Source: Salpingoeca rosetta (Eukaryota; Protista; Choanoflagellata). From it: a stretch of DNA of 62,309 nt. Made by a program: the position numbers and the translations under genes. Positions 39,601-54,947 of this stretch are shown piece after piece (the first letter of the stretch is position 1; every line of letters starts with the position of its first letter). The stretch covers positions 504,185 to 566,493 of the forward strand of contig JAWQFM010000024.1 in the NCBI GenBank assembly GCA_033442325.1, written 5' to 3'. The notes beneath the pieces are model-generated. The model had not been told where the DNA came from, ran no database searches, and saw only the letters and a list, made by a program, of their open reading frames with translations.

Positions 39601-42600
39601 GCGACGACAACGACCACGAGCAGCACCACAGCCATCTTTGAGTATCCATTCGATGAGAGCGAGTATGAGGTTGTGTTCAGAGGTGTGTCTGCCTTCAACG
39701 CCGGTGCTCCCGTGCGCTTCTCGACTGCATTCGACGCACGGTTTGAGCTGCAGGTCATTTCCGTGGTGAGTGTTGCAGAGTGCCTGCAGGCATGCCACGA
39801 CAGCAACACCTGCCTCGGCGTGTTTTTGCGAGAGACAACAACCACGTTGCGGTGTCATCTGCTTTCCAACTTGGGCACGCCTGAAGGTCTCCCAACGTCC
39901 ACCGCATCCCTCTCCCTGAGAAAGCTCATGCTAACAACATCAACAACGACGACGACGACCACTTCAACGACGACTGAAGAAGCAATGTCATCTACAACCA
40001 CGACGACCACGACGACCACTTCAACCACGACGACCACGACGACCACTTCAACAACGACGACAACGACAACCACTTCAACCACGACGACCACGACGACCAC
40101 TTCAACAACGACGACAACGACGACAACCGCGACCACGACCACTACCACGACCACAACCACTACTAGCACCACAACCACAACCACAACCACCACCACGACT
40201 ACAACGACCACTACTCGCACCACAACGACTACCACTACAACCATGATTAGCACGACAACAACACATGTGCTGCAGTTTGATACGACAGGTTATGATGTGG
40301 TCTTCGTCGGCACACAAGGAGGAGTGTCTTCTCCTCGCCGATTCAGCACCGCATTTGACTCGACATTCAGGCTCCCACTGACAGCCCCAGTGACGACGGG
40401 GGCAGAGTGCCTGCAGGCATGTGAGGCGGAGGCTGCATGCGTTGGTGCATTCATCTGGACACCTGATGTCAACATTCGCTGCTATCTTTTGACAGACCTG
40501 GGCACAGAGGCGGGCATTGCCACCTCCACCGCCTCCGTCTCCCTGCGGAAACTCGCCGCTTCCACGACAACGACAACAACATCCACAACGACCACCACGA
40601 CAGCAACGACAACGACGACGACCACCACAGCAACGACAACGAGCACAACAACAACGAGCACAACAACAACGAGCACAACCACAACTACTTCAACCACAAC
40701 TACTTCAACCACAACTACTTCAACCACAACTACTTCAACCACAACTACTTCAACCACAACTACTTCAACCACAACTACTTCAACCACAACTACTTCAACC
40801 ACAACTACTTCAACCACAACTACTTCAACCACAACTACTTCAACCACAACTACTTCAACCACTTTAACGACTACAACCACCAGCACCAGCACTACCAGCA
40901 CCAGCACTACCAGCACCAGCACTACCAGCACCACAACAACCAGCACCACAACAACAACCAGCACCACAACAACCAGCACAACCACAACCAGCACAACCAC
41001 AACCAGCACCACAACAACCAGCACAACCACAACCACCACAACCACAACCACAACAACAACCACCACGACGACCACCACCACGACCACCACAACCACAACC
41101 ACAACCACAACTACTACAACAACCACAGCAACCATCTCCATTGATGTGCCAAACACCGCACCTGATTTCAGCGAGACAGAGGCCACAACAACGCTGACCA
41201 TCGATGCATCCTATGACACAGTAGACCTTGCCCAGCTGCAGTCTGATGTGCTTGAGAGCTTGGCCACCACCGGTGTCAGCTCAGATGACGTGGCCTTTGT
41301 TCACTTCTACCCAGGCAGCATCAACATCCTTGTTGGCTTCCGCACGCAGGCCGCATACACAACGCTGACGGCGGCGCTGGCCACCGGTCCTCTTCCCGTC
41401 GGCAACGCCACTGTCTCCCTGCTCACGACAAGCATGCAGCCTTACGTGTCGTCGAATGACGCTTTTGTCGCATACAAGACCAGCACGAGCGAGCCAGGCT
41501 TCAACCTTGTCGCCCTTGACAACCTCAAGCCCGGCCTCAAGGTTGCGGTCACCAGCGCAGTGGGGCCGCTCAGCGTGGACATGGAAGTGACAACACCGCG
41601 CCTATCACCAACCACATTCAAGGCGGTTGTCCTGCCGGCGTCCGGCAATGTCTGGTTCAACGACCCCACCGTCTCTGTCTTTATTCGCTTTGAGGATGAG
41701 CGCGGCAGCGCACTTGTGGCGGAGGGGTCAACAGCCATTGTGACCGTGTCGCCACCAGCATCCTTGGGAGCAGCAGCATCACCCCTCACCACGGTGTGTG
41801 TGTCAAAGCTGGACGAGCAAGAGGGTGCGGTGTGCACGGCAACGGTCACCCTGCCCTCGTCATGGTTCTCCTACGAGCAAGATGAGGATGTGAGAGTGAC
41901 GGCCGCGCTGCTGAGCGACATCAGCAGCACCTCCACTGTGATTGCCGACCTGACACTCAAGCAACAGCCCTCCGTGGCGCTGGCCACTGGCTATGGCGTC
42001 GTGTGCCGGTTCCCGCAGGGCAGCGTGTTCTCCGAGAGCGGGTTTGACATTGACTGCTTTGGGCGTGCGCGGGATGGCGTTGCCCTCACGCAGTTCCAGT
42101 TGCAGCTGACGCCGTCTGCCGCCACCATCTCCTTTGGACAGGTCACCAGCACGGACATGTGGGGTGTTACCGCCCGCACAGTGAGTGGCAAGCTCGTCGT
42201 GACCGGCTCCCGCGTGAGCAGCACCGACACGGGCAGCACGGGCGATGAGTTTATGCACCTGTTCTCTGTGCGCGCCCGTGCCGGTACGACCACGTCCTCC
42301 TTCTCCGTGCGGGTCACCGTGCGCGTGCAGGAGATGCTGTCGCTCGCGGGCCGCGTTGTGCCGGTCAACTCCCTTGCCCATGTCACAGACGCGAACGTGA
42401 CGCCCACCCAGCGATCTGCGACAACAACGGTGGTTGCCGTCGACACTGCTGGCGTGCTGGCGTGGATCGAGTCGCCCTTGCTGGTGAACACGGCGCCACT
42501 GGCTCCAACGCCCGACGCCCGCGTCTCCCGAAGCATGACGGTGCTTGCCATTAACACGGATGGCACCGTCCTTGCCTCCGACAGCCACTTCTGCGCCGGC

Positions 42601-45600
42601 GCCGGCGTGACCCAGGCAACGGGGTGCACGGAGGTGAGCTTTGGATCCACAGACCCAACTGACGGCCGAATTGAGGTGACGGTGCTCCTGGGCACCGCAC
42701 AGGACACTGTGGCGCTCAACGTCATGCGCCTGGATTCCGTGCAGCTGGATGTGTCCAACACGCAGCTGCACTTTGTGACCACGGCCGCAGCGTTGGGCAA
42801 CTGCACGGGCACCTTCCAGCAGGCGCGCGTGGGCATTCGCGCCGTGTTTGTCGCCGGCGTGCGCAGCGTGATTGTGGACGTGACGCACATGGCGCCCTGG
42901 CTTCTGCAAATGTCCAACGAGGACACGGTGCAGTTGGTGGGTGCACAGGCCGGTGAGGGCGAGTACGATGTTGACCTGCATCTCGCCCTGACGGGCGGCC
43001 GCGCCGTGCTTCAGGGCATGGCCCCCGGCACGGTACAGCTGCAACTCGTGTCCCCTTCCGTGCCAGGCCTGGTTTGGGACAGCGAGGACGTGACTGTGCT
43101 GGGGTCCTCCGGACACGTCGCCACACACGTGCGCACGCTGTTGGCAGTTGACGTGCAAGTGGGCGCAGCCGCACCCTCCCTGACGGCGTTTGGCAGCAAC
43201 GGCCCCGACGTGTCAGTGGGCGTGAGCAGCAGCGTCAAGGCGTCGTTCTCCGAGCTGCTGCAGCCTGGGGTCGCCGTCTCTGTAATTGTTGATGCACAGG
43301 GCGGCGAGATCCTGGTGCTGTCCTCCGATGCAGGCCCGGTGCCAAACATTGCGCTGAACCGCGAGGCGAGCAACGCAGACGTGATGGACGTCGACGCAGT
43401 CATGCTCGCAGATGGCAGCGTGGTCATGGAGACCACTTCTGTCATTGGCGTTGTCAACACCAACCAACAAGGCCAGGATGTGCATGTGCGCACAACGGCG
43501 GCCATGTGTGGTGGAGCTGCAGTGCTGGAGGGAAGGGAGACGTTCCCGGTCCAGTTCCTCGACGTGGTCAGCGTGCAGTACAACGTGAGCACCAACGTCA
43601 TTGCCATGGCTGGCTCTCCAGCCGTTGCCGCTGGTGTGAGCAGCCGCGTGCAGCTGCGCATTGTGGCCACACGTGAGGATGGCAGCACCCGCGATGTGAC
43701 GCTTGATCCACGCGTCATCATTGACACGCAGACCTTTGGGCTCGGCGCCCTCGTCGTGGGCAGCTCCACGCAGGACGGCCGTCTGACCATCGAGGCCACG
43801 CGCGTGGTGCAGGGTGCTGCTGTTGTGGTGTCCTTTGAAGGCTTCAACCAGACCCTCCCCATCACCGTTGTTGAGGCTGTGCGCCTGGACCTGTCCGCGC
43901 ATCCGTACCCGCCGTATCCCGGTTCAGAATCTGTCTCCGCCAGCCCGCTGGAGGCCATTGGCAGCACGGGGCGGTTCCAGGAGGCGCAGCTGCTGGCGTT
44001 GCTGTCTCTCTCCAACGGGGACCAGATTGATGTGACGGCGCACCCCGACATTGAGTTTGACATCTCGGTTCCCGAGCTGTACGTGGCCGAGACGCTGCTC
44101 CTCGCCACGGGAGAGACGCTGGGCAGCGTCACAGCCTCGTTTGCAGCTGGCGGCATTGTGTCCAACGTACTGCAGATGGAGGTGACGAGCACGCAGCGAC
44201 AGGTGGCGCAGGTTGTCGTGGAGGCACCGGCCGCTCTGTCTGGGCTCATGGGCGATGTGTACGCCGGGGCCGTGCAGGTGACGCTGGTGCTGGACGACGG
44301 CACGCGCCTGCAGCACGGCTATCTCTTCAACGCAACCACGCAGCAGCCCAACTTTCCCGGCATGATCACGTTCTCCTCCAGCCAGGAGGAAGCCGTGGTT
44401 GTGGATGCGGCTACGGGCGCACTCACTATTGCAGGCAACACGAAGCGCGGCCCTGCCGTGATTACAGCCACCAGCGGGGGCGTGCAAGGGACAGCGAGCC
44501 TGCGCATCAACCTCGACGTGGCTGATCTGGACATGGACATGGGCAACCTGGCTGCCGCTGACGAGCCCATCCCGACACAGAGCACGAGCCAGGCGTTCTC
44601 CGTCCCGCTGGTGCTGCGTCTGCCAACCACGGTGGAATCTGTGGATGCACTGCAGTTTCAGCTCTCCTTTGACCCAGCTGTGTTGTCGGTGCTGTACGTG
44701 ACTGCCGGTGACGGCTGGTCCAACAGCCGCCTGTTTGTTGACATTGATGCGAGCGCGGGCGTGATTCGCTCAGGCGGCATCTTCCCGCTGCTCAAGGGCG
44801 GTGCAGACGACCCCACGCTCGTGGAGATTGCCGTCATCACCTTTGAGGTGAAGAGCACGGCGCCCGCAGGATACACGGATCTGGCGGGCCGGTTTGACGT
44901 GTTCAGCAGCATGGGCTCCACCATCGTTGCTGCCGGCACTCCATTTGTTGCCGGTGATGTCAGCGTGCTCATTCAGAGCAGCAGCAGCAGCAGCAGTAGC
45001 AGCGCCGCTGCCGCCGCTACAGCCGACAACGGGCGTCGTCGTCGTCGTAACCTGCTATCGCTTGAGCCCTTTGATGTCACCAACCAAATTGTGTTTGGCG
45101 ATGAGGGCAAGGAGGGTGTTGTCGATGTCGAAGCTGACGGTGTGCGTGGCGCAGCTCCGCGCAAGCGCCGCGATGTGCAGGTGAACGGGGACGTGAACCT
45201 TGATGGCGTGTTTGATTTGGCGGACGTGTTGTTCCTGTACGGGTACCTCGCTGGCTATAACACGGACGTGACCCCCGAGCAGCTGCTTGAGATGGACATC
45301 AACGGCGACAGCCAGATCAACACGGCCGATTTCCTCTACAGCCAAAAGGTGGTGGCCAACGAGTACCGCTTCCTGGAGGTGTCCAGGGTTGCCTCTGTCT
45401 CGCTCGCCACGGACTGCCGGTTTGTTGTGGAGGTGACGACGCGCGACGCTTCGGGAGCACCAGAGAGCGAGGACACCATTGTGTTTGTTGATCTGGAGAG
45501 CCCATCAGAGGGCTTCCACCAGCGCATGGTTGCGAGCGAGTTCCTGTTTGGCACGCCGGTCGAGGCCAAGCCCGCACCCTTCAACGGCACCATCGTGCGC

Positions 45601-48310
45601 GCAGCAGCCACGGGCAACGGCACGCATACGGTGGCATTTGACTCGAGCATTGTTGCCGGCGCAAAGGTTGGCGTGAGCTTCTTCGTGGCCACACTGGACA
45701 GCAACGGCAGCCCAAGCGCAGACCGCATTACGCCGCTGCTCACGGGCCCCTCGCTTGCCCCTTACAGCTACGTCGGCTATGCCGGTGTGGGCATCCCGAT
45801 TCAAGGCGATGTGCTCGATGTGCAGTTTTCCGATTACAACGCAAAGGTGGCGCGCACGGTGGCGCAGACGACGTTTGAGTGCATCCCAGACCCGTGCATT
45901 GCGCTGCCGTGCGAGAACGGGGCCACGTGCACGCAGGACATGCGCGATTACACGTGTGAGTGCGCAGACGGCTACACGGGCGACAGGTGCGAGGTTGACA
46001 TTGACGAATGCGACGGCCACGCGTGCCAGAACGGCGCCACGTGTGTTGATGAGGTTGGCACGTATTCGTGCAGGTGTGCTGCTGGCTTCACGGGTCCGCT
46101 GTGCGAGGTGAACGTTGACGATTGCGCCGGCAACCCTTGCCTGAACGGGGCGTCGTGCGTCGACCTCATTGACGGCTTCTCGTGCACGTGCGCGCTCGGG
46201 TTTGAGGGCGAGCGGTGTGAGCAGAACATCGACGACTGCGCGAGCGACCCGTGCCTGAACGGCGGCACGTGTGTTGACGCGCTGGCGTCGTACTCGTGCG
46301 AATGCCCCGACGGATTTGAGGGCGACCGCTGTGAGGTGAACGTGGACGAGTGCGCAGACAGCCCCTGCGTGAACGGCGACTGCCGGGACGGAAACAACGG
46401 CTTTGTGTGTGAGTGTGACGCAGGGTTTACGGGTGAGCTGTGCGACGTCGACATTGACGAGTGTGCGAGCCAGCCCTGCCAAAACAACGCCACCTGTGTC
46501 GATCACATCAACGCCTACACTTGCACGTGCCTGCCTGGGTTTTCTGGCGACGCATGTGAAGTCGGTGCGTTTCGTGTATGCGCGCGTGTGCGTACATGTG
46601 TTTGAATGCGGAATGTGTATGGGTGTGATTGTGTATGGGATTGTGTATGGGTGTGATTGTGTATGGGTGTGATTGTGTATGGGTGCGTGTGTGCGTGTGT
46701 CGTAATTTGCGTGTGTACATTCATCTGTGTGTGTGTGCGTGTAAGATGTGCACGTGGTTCTGCTCCCATGGTAACACCCCCTCACCACTCACTCACCACA
46801 GCCTCTCACCACAACCCCTCACCGTGTCCTTACCTCTCACTCACCACAACCTCTCACCATGTCCTCAACCCTCGTCGCACCCCTGCCGTGCTTCGTCGAC
46901 ACAGACTTCTGCGAGCAGCCCGAGAATGCGTGTGAGAACGGCGGCGTGTGCGTGCGCGAAGAGGAGCGCTGCGAGTGCGTTGACGGGTGGTCTGGTCGCC
47001 TGTGCACGATTCCCCCGCAGGAAATTGTGACCGTGACGCCACCGCCGGCATCCAAGTCGGGCAGCGGCAACTCTGTTGCGCAGCCCGCCATCTTTGCGGT
47101 GGTGGGAGTGATTGGGGTGCTGGCGTGTGTGGTGCTGGTGGTTGTTGTGCGACGGTACCGCGCATCGAGCTACGACACGGCGCTGGACAAGAGCACGCTC
47201 GACTGGGAGGGCATCGACGACGTGTACGACGATAGTCGCCATGCAGGCCGCAACACCTACGCGCAGAGCCCCATCGTGCCCCTTGACAGCGAGTACGAGA
47301 ACGTGCCTGCAGAGTACAGGCAGGATTTCTCCGACTCATCGGTGATGCAGTCGAGGCTTGGCGCTGAGCTGGACACTATTGCCAGCCCCGTGAGCCTGAA
47401 GCAGCAGCAGGCCGCAGACAGACAGCCCGCGACGAGTGGCGAGATTATCCGCTCGCTGCAGGGGCAGCTGGAGGGCGCCGACGAGGCGTTCCAGGCGGTA
47501 CCGCGCATCAAGCCGACGGCGACGTTTGAGACGGCCAAATCGGAGGAGAACCGCCCGCGCAACCGCTACAGCGACGTGCTGCCGTATGACGACACGCGCG
47601 TGAAGCTGTACAGCTCGGCAGAGACTGACTACATCAACGGCAACCACGTGTCGCTGCAGGCCGGGCGCCGGAACTACTGGTACGTGGCGACGCAGGGCCC
47701 CGTGAAGGGCACGCTGGGCGACTTTTGGCGCATGGTGTGGGAGCAGGGCTCTGAGATGATTGTGATGGTGGCGGCGGAGGTTGAGAACGGGCGGACCAAG
47801 TGCGAGCGGTACTGGCCGCGGGAGCAAGGTGACTACGACGCCATCCAGTACGGCGACTTTCGCGTGACGCTGCTGGGCGAGGTGGCCAACGAGGCATACG
47901 CCCTGCGCGGGCTGCGGGTGAAGAACATGATCACGGGGGAGAAGCGCTCGATCCGCCAGCTGCAGTACACGGCGTGGCCGGACAAGAGCGTCCCAGACGA
48001 CTCCAACCAGTTTCTCAAGTTTGTGGACGAGGTGGCGGTGACGCGCGACCGCCTGCTCAACGGCAACACGGCGCAGCCCGCTTGGCCGACGATTGTGCAC
48101 TGCAGCGCCGGTGTTGGGCGGTCTGGCGTCCTGGTGCTGGTTGAAGTTGCGCTGTCGCTGGCGGAGCAAGGGCTCCTGCCCCGCCTTTCCACAGTCTTGG
48201 AGGAGATGCGTGAGCAGCGCATGCTGCTGGTGCAGACGTTCCCCCAGTTCCAGTTCTGCCACAGGGCGATTATTGCTCACCTGCAGCAGCAACTGCAGCT
48301 GGAGGCGTAA
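31220..48310 (+). CDS. Giant receptor-type protein tyrosine phosphatase (about 5122 aa): SP, EGF, furin-like/TNFR-like Cys repeats, PAN-like modules with poly-Thr, SEA-like, TMEM132-like, cohesin, dockerin, EGF, TM, PTP
   Basis: Six exons 31220-31292, 31598-32185, 32535-32717, 33111-33485, 33821-46564 and 46905-48310 total 15369 nt; all introns are GT-AG and phase 1. Signal peptide [28 protein letters not shown]. About 20 EGF repeats (CQNGGTC..C.C..GF.G..C). [23 protein letters not shown] followed by RRYR. PTP motifs are intact: [50 protein letters not shown]. Confidence 0.93.
33821..36480 (+). repeat. Coding array of ~24-aa Cys-rich repeats (T.C...EYE..APT.T.DRVC), interrupted by one PAN-like module
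   Basis: Roughly 30+ units are visible in the translation. A further short block lies at about 37780-38150. Confidence 0.85.
38481..40555 (+). repeat. Five tandem ~85-aa PAN/Apple-like modules separated by poly-Thr linkers
   Basis: The signature Y.VVF.G..RRFSTAF...C...C....C.G.F.....C.LL..LG...G..TST.S.S..K recurs at about 38481, 38848, 39235, 39664 and 40291. Confidence 0.8.
40561..41133 (+). repeat. Mucin-like Thr/Ser stalk, including a 15-nt tandem repeat (acaactacttcaacc, TTTST)
   Basis: About 190 codons are nearly all Thr/Ser. A perfect 15-mer is repeated about 12 times at about 40680-40860. Confidence 0.9.
44530..45375 (+). other. Cohesin-like domain, RRRRR/RKRR linker and dockerin-like domain within the receptor PTP
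   Basis: Cohesin pattern [24 protein letters not shown]...[10 protein letters not shown]. Dockerin twin Ca-loops [23 protein letters not shown] and [16 protein letters not shown]. Basic clusters lie at 45034-45048 and 45160-45171. Confidence 0.8.
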
Positions 48311-48688
48311 TTGCTTCAATTTGGAGGCGTGTGTGTGTACGTGTACATGTCACTATTTCGACAGGCATGCGTGCACGTGAGTGGGCAATGCGGAGTACAT
48401 CATTTCTTTGTCCAATGTGCGAAACCCTGTGTGTTTGTGCTTGAGTGCGTGTCAATGCACTCTCTGTTGTTCACGTCTTACAACTTGTGTCTCTCATCCT
48501 GTGCTGACATGTGCGCAGGAGCGGGTTTGTTGTTGATTCATTGAGGTGGTGGTGCAAGTGAATAAACAAGAGTTTACCACAACACCAGGAAGCGTGCGCC
48601 CCTGATGGCGCTCGTCATGCTACACAGACACAGACACACAGACACACACACACACACACACACACAGACACACACACACACGCACACG

Positions 48689-48725
<37 letters not shown>

Positions 48726-48981
48726 GCACACACACACAGGCAGACACAGACACACACGCACACAGACACACACACGTACGGAGAGGAAGAGAACAATAGA
48801 AAGCAGGCAAGCAAGGTTGGAAAAATGTACAGCACAATGTCCAGCAAGACACGTAAACGAGGGATTCGCTCAGTTACACACATGCACACGCGCACATCAC
48901 GTTGTCGTGAACAAAGCAACCAGCAAGAACGCTGACAGAAGAGAGACAGATGCGGCGACAAACGTATCAACAGTTGATCTA

Positions 48982-52425
<3,444 letters not shown>

Positions 52426-52697
52426 GTTTTCTGTTTCCTGTGAGATCAAAGTCCTGCAATAGATTAGACAAGATCGACTGTTTGAGCCTCTATTAGGCTG
52501 TCCGGTGGCTGATACGGTCGGTTAATTTCCCCGCTTCTTATCTACCATACGCTAAACCGTGTCGATTATGCTTCTCAGAGGGAGGTCCGGCTGCGTACGT
52601 GTTCAAACAGCTTCAAAGTGTTAGCCAAGGTCTTAGTGTAGAGTACAGGTCAGTCAGCAATAAATCGGTTGGTAGCGAACCCGCATACGTTGAGGAC

Positions 52698-52742
<45 letters not shown>

Positions 52743-53137
52743 CAGCAACAACGACAACACGACAAAACATGCCATGAGCGCGCGTTCTGTCTGCCCCAAG
52801 GTGCATCAAGCAATGCCAAGCCCACCAACCACGCCACATACACACCCCACAGCCACAACCACTCCACGGCCGCAGCACACTGCATCGTGGTGGGCGTGAA
52901 CCCAGTTTGTCGCTCCTCCGTGTCACCCACCACCAAGCTGTGCTGAAAATATACTGAAAACACAGCAAAATTTCCCTACCCATCCTCGACCTCTGACAAA
53001 CAACGCGCGTTGAACTCAAGGGGAGGCACCTACGCACCTACCGACGCAACACACACTCAACACGACCGCTGCACGCTGTAACGGGACGCAGTGAATGGGC
53101 GTCCTTGATGGGCTTGCTGAAGGAGGGAGCTGGGAAG

Positions 53138-54713
53138 ATGCGACGGAATCGCTTGCACTGCAAGGCACGTTGGTGGCGGGAATCAGGCGTGGGTACAGCT
53201 CTTGTGGTGTGTGTTGCCGCCGTGGCGGTGGCTGCGGTGGCGCTGTTGGCGCCAACTGTGGAAGCGGTTCATGGTGTCTGCGCAGAGAACACGTTTCCGG
53301 CTCTGAACACAAGAGGACAGCACTTTCATTGCATCTGCCCAGATGAGTTTATCTGTGAGGGCTGCTCGCACGGGTGCCAACCCGCGATGAAGAACCGCTG
53401 CGTCAACGGCTTCATTCCATCCTGCACCACTTGCCGCTGCAGCAAAGGTGCGTGTGTATTTGCGTGTGTTCGTGTGCGTTGTAGTGTTGTGTGTTTGTGT
53501 GTGTTTTTGTGTGTTTGTGTGTGGCTGTGTCTCTGTGTGTGTGTCGCGTGCGTGTGTGTGTGTGTGTGGGTGTTGCGTGCGTGCGCGCGCGTGTGTGTGT
53601 GCACATGCACTGAGTGCACTTGTGTTGGCGTTTGTTCAAATGCACGAACACACGTGCCTGGTGTAAGTCGAGTACAGTTGCGGGAATACGTCTCACACGT
53701 TTCTGCCCCTTGTCGTCCTCCTCGTCGTCCTCGTCGTCCTTCCATCATCAGAAACGGGGGACGAAGAGCCAAGAAGGAAGCGCAAGAAGCGACCGCGTCT
53801 CGGCGACCTGGTGGATCGCATCGACGCCCCGTTCTGCGAGGCAGAAGGCGAGGCGTTCCCTGCGTCCAGAAAATACGATGGCAACGGCACGTTTGTGTTT
53901 GTGGTCAGCAACGGCCACACGGGCACCACCTTCCTTGGGCAGCTGTCGACGTGGCGCACGGTGTTTGGGCGCGTACCGCGAGGGTACGTCATCGTGCATG
54001 AGCAGGAAGCCGACAAGGCACTCGTGCAGCAGCTGCCCTTCCACGACGACTGGTGCCAGCGTGCTCTGGAGTACGTCGCCGACCACAAAGTGCCCTTTAT
54101 GCAACGAGCGCTGGACAACCTCGGCGCGCACACCTACTTTGCTGCCGGCCACCAAATCATCCTCGGCATGCTGCCTGCGCTGGCAGACATCTTGGGCGAC
54201 CGCGTGCGGTTTGTGCGCCTGCGCCGCAACCGGTTCGACACCGCCTACAGCTACATGCCCAAGCGCGGTGGGCCGTGTCAGCAGCAGTGCCACTACTGCC
54301 TGTGCCCGCTGGACAGGGCGGCGCGCTGCCCAGCGCCATCGGGGGACGTGTGGAACAGCCTCAACAGCTTCCAGCAGTACCTCTGGTCCGTGGACGAGGT
54401 GGAGTGCCAGTGGCAGGCGCTGCTACAGTCGCGACCACATCTGCAGCACATGGAAATCAACTGGAGCGGCACCATCGAGCCGTCCACCATGCAGACGCTG
54501 GCGTCGTTCCTCGGCATGACGTTTGCGGAGGATGTGCAGGTGGCGCAGACGGTGCAGTCCAATGAGCACGTGAGCAGGAAGAAGCGCGGGGAGAAGAACA
54601 TGACCCTCTTGCACGAGTGGGCGCGGGACTACGAGCAGAGGCTGCGACTGCCCCACTGCAACGACTACACGTGCATTGTTGATGCTGCTGACACGCAGCA
54701 GCATGGTACCTAG
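53138..54713 (+). CDS. Secreted or type II membrane sulfotransferase-like protein with N-terminal Cys-rich module
   Basis: Exons 53138-53447 and 53752-54713 join in phase 1. There is a hydrophobic N-terminal anchor. FVVSNGHTGTTFL resembles the 5'-PSB loop, followed by HE, and RFVRLRRNRFDTAYSY resembles the 3'-PB motif of PAPS-dependent sulfotransferases. Confidence 0.65.
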
Positions 54714-54815
54714 GCTCTCAAGTTGTTTTGCCGCGAGGGCGGTGTGGGTGGTTGTGTGTGTGTGAGAGAGAGAGTGTGTGTGTGCGTGCGTGTGTGTTTG
54801 TGTGCAAGCGTGTGT

Positions 54816-54947
<132 letters not shown>

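Noticed and set aside
31220-48310. Calling the giant receptor Notch or a cadherin (coherin/lefftyrin)
   Set aside because: No LNR or ankyrin domains and no cadherin repeats are visible; the only cytoplasmic domain is a single PTP.
33561-48319. Long antisense and alternate-frame ORFs overlapping the receptor PTP (e.g. 34030-35490, 41860-43158, 45505-46788)
   Set aside because: They are expected shadows of GC-rich codon usage and carry no recognisable motifs.
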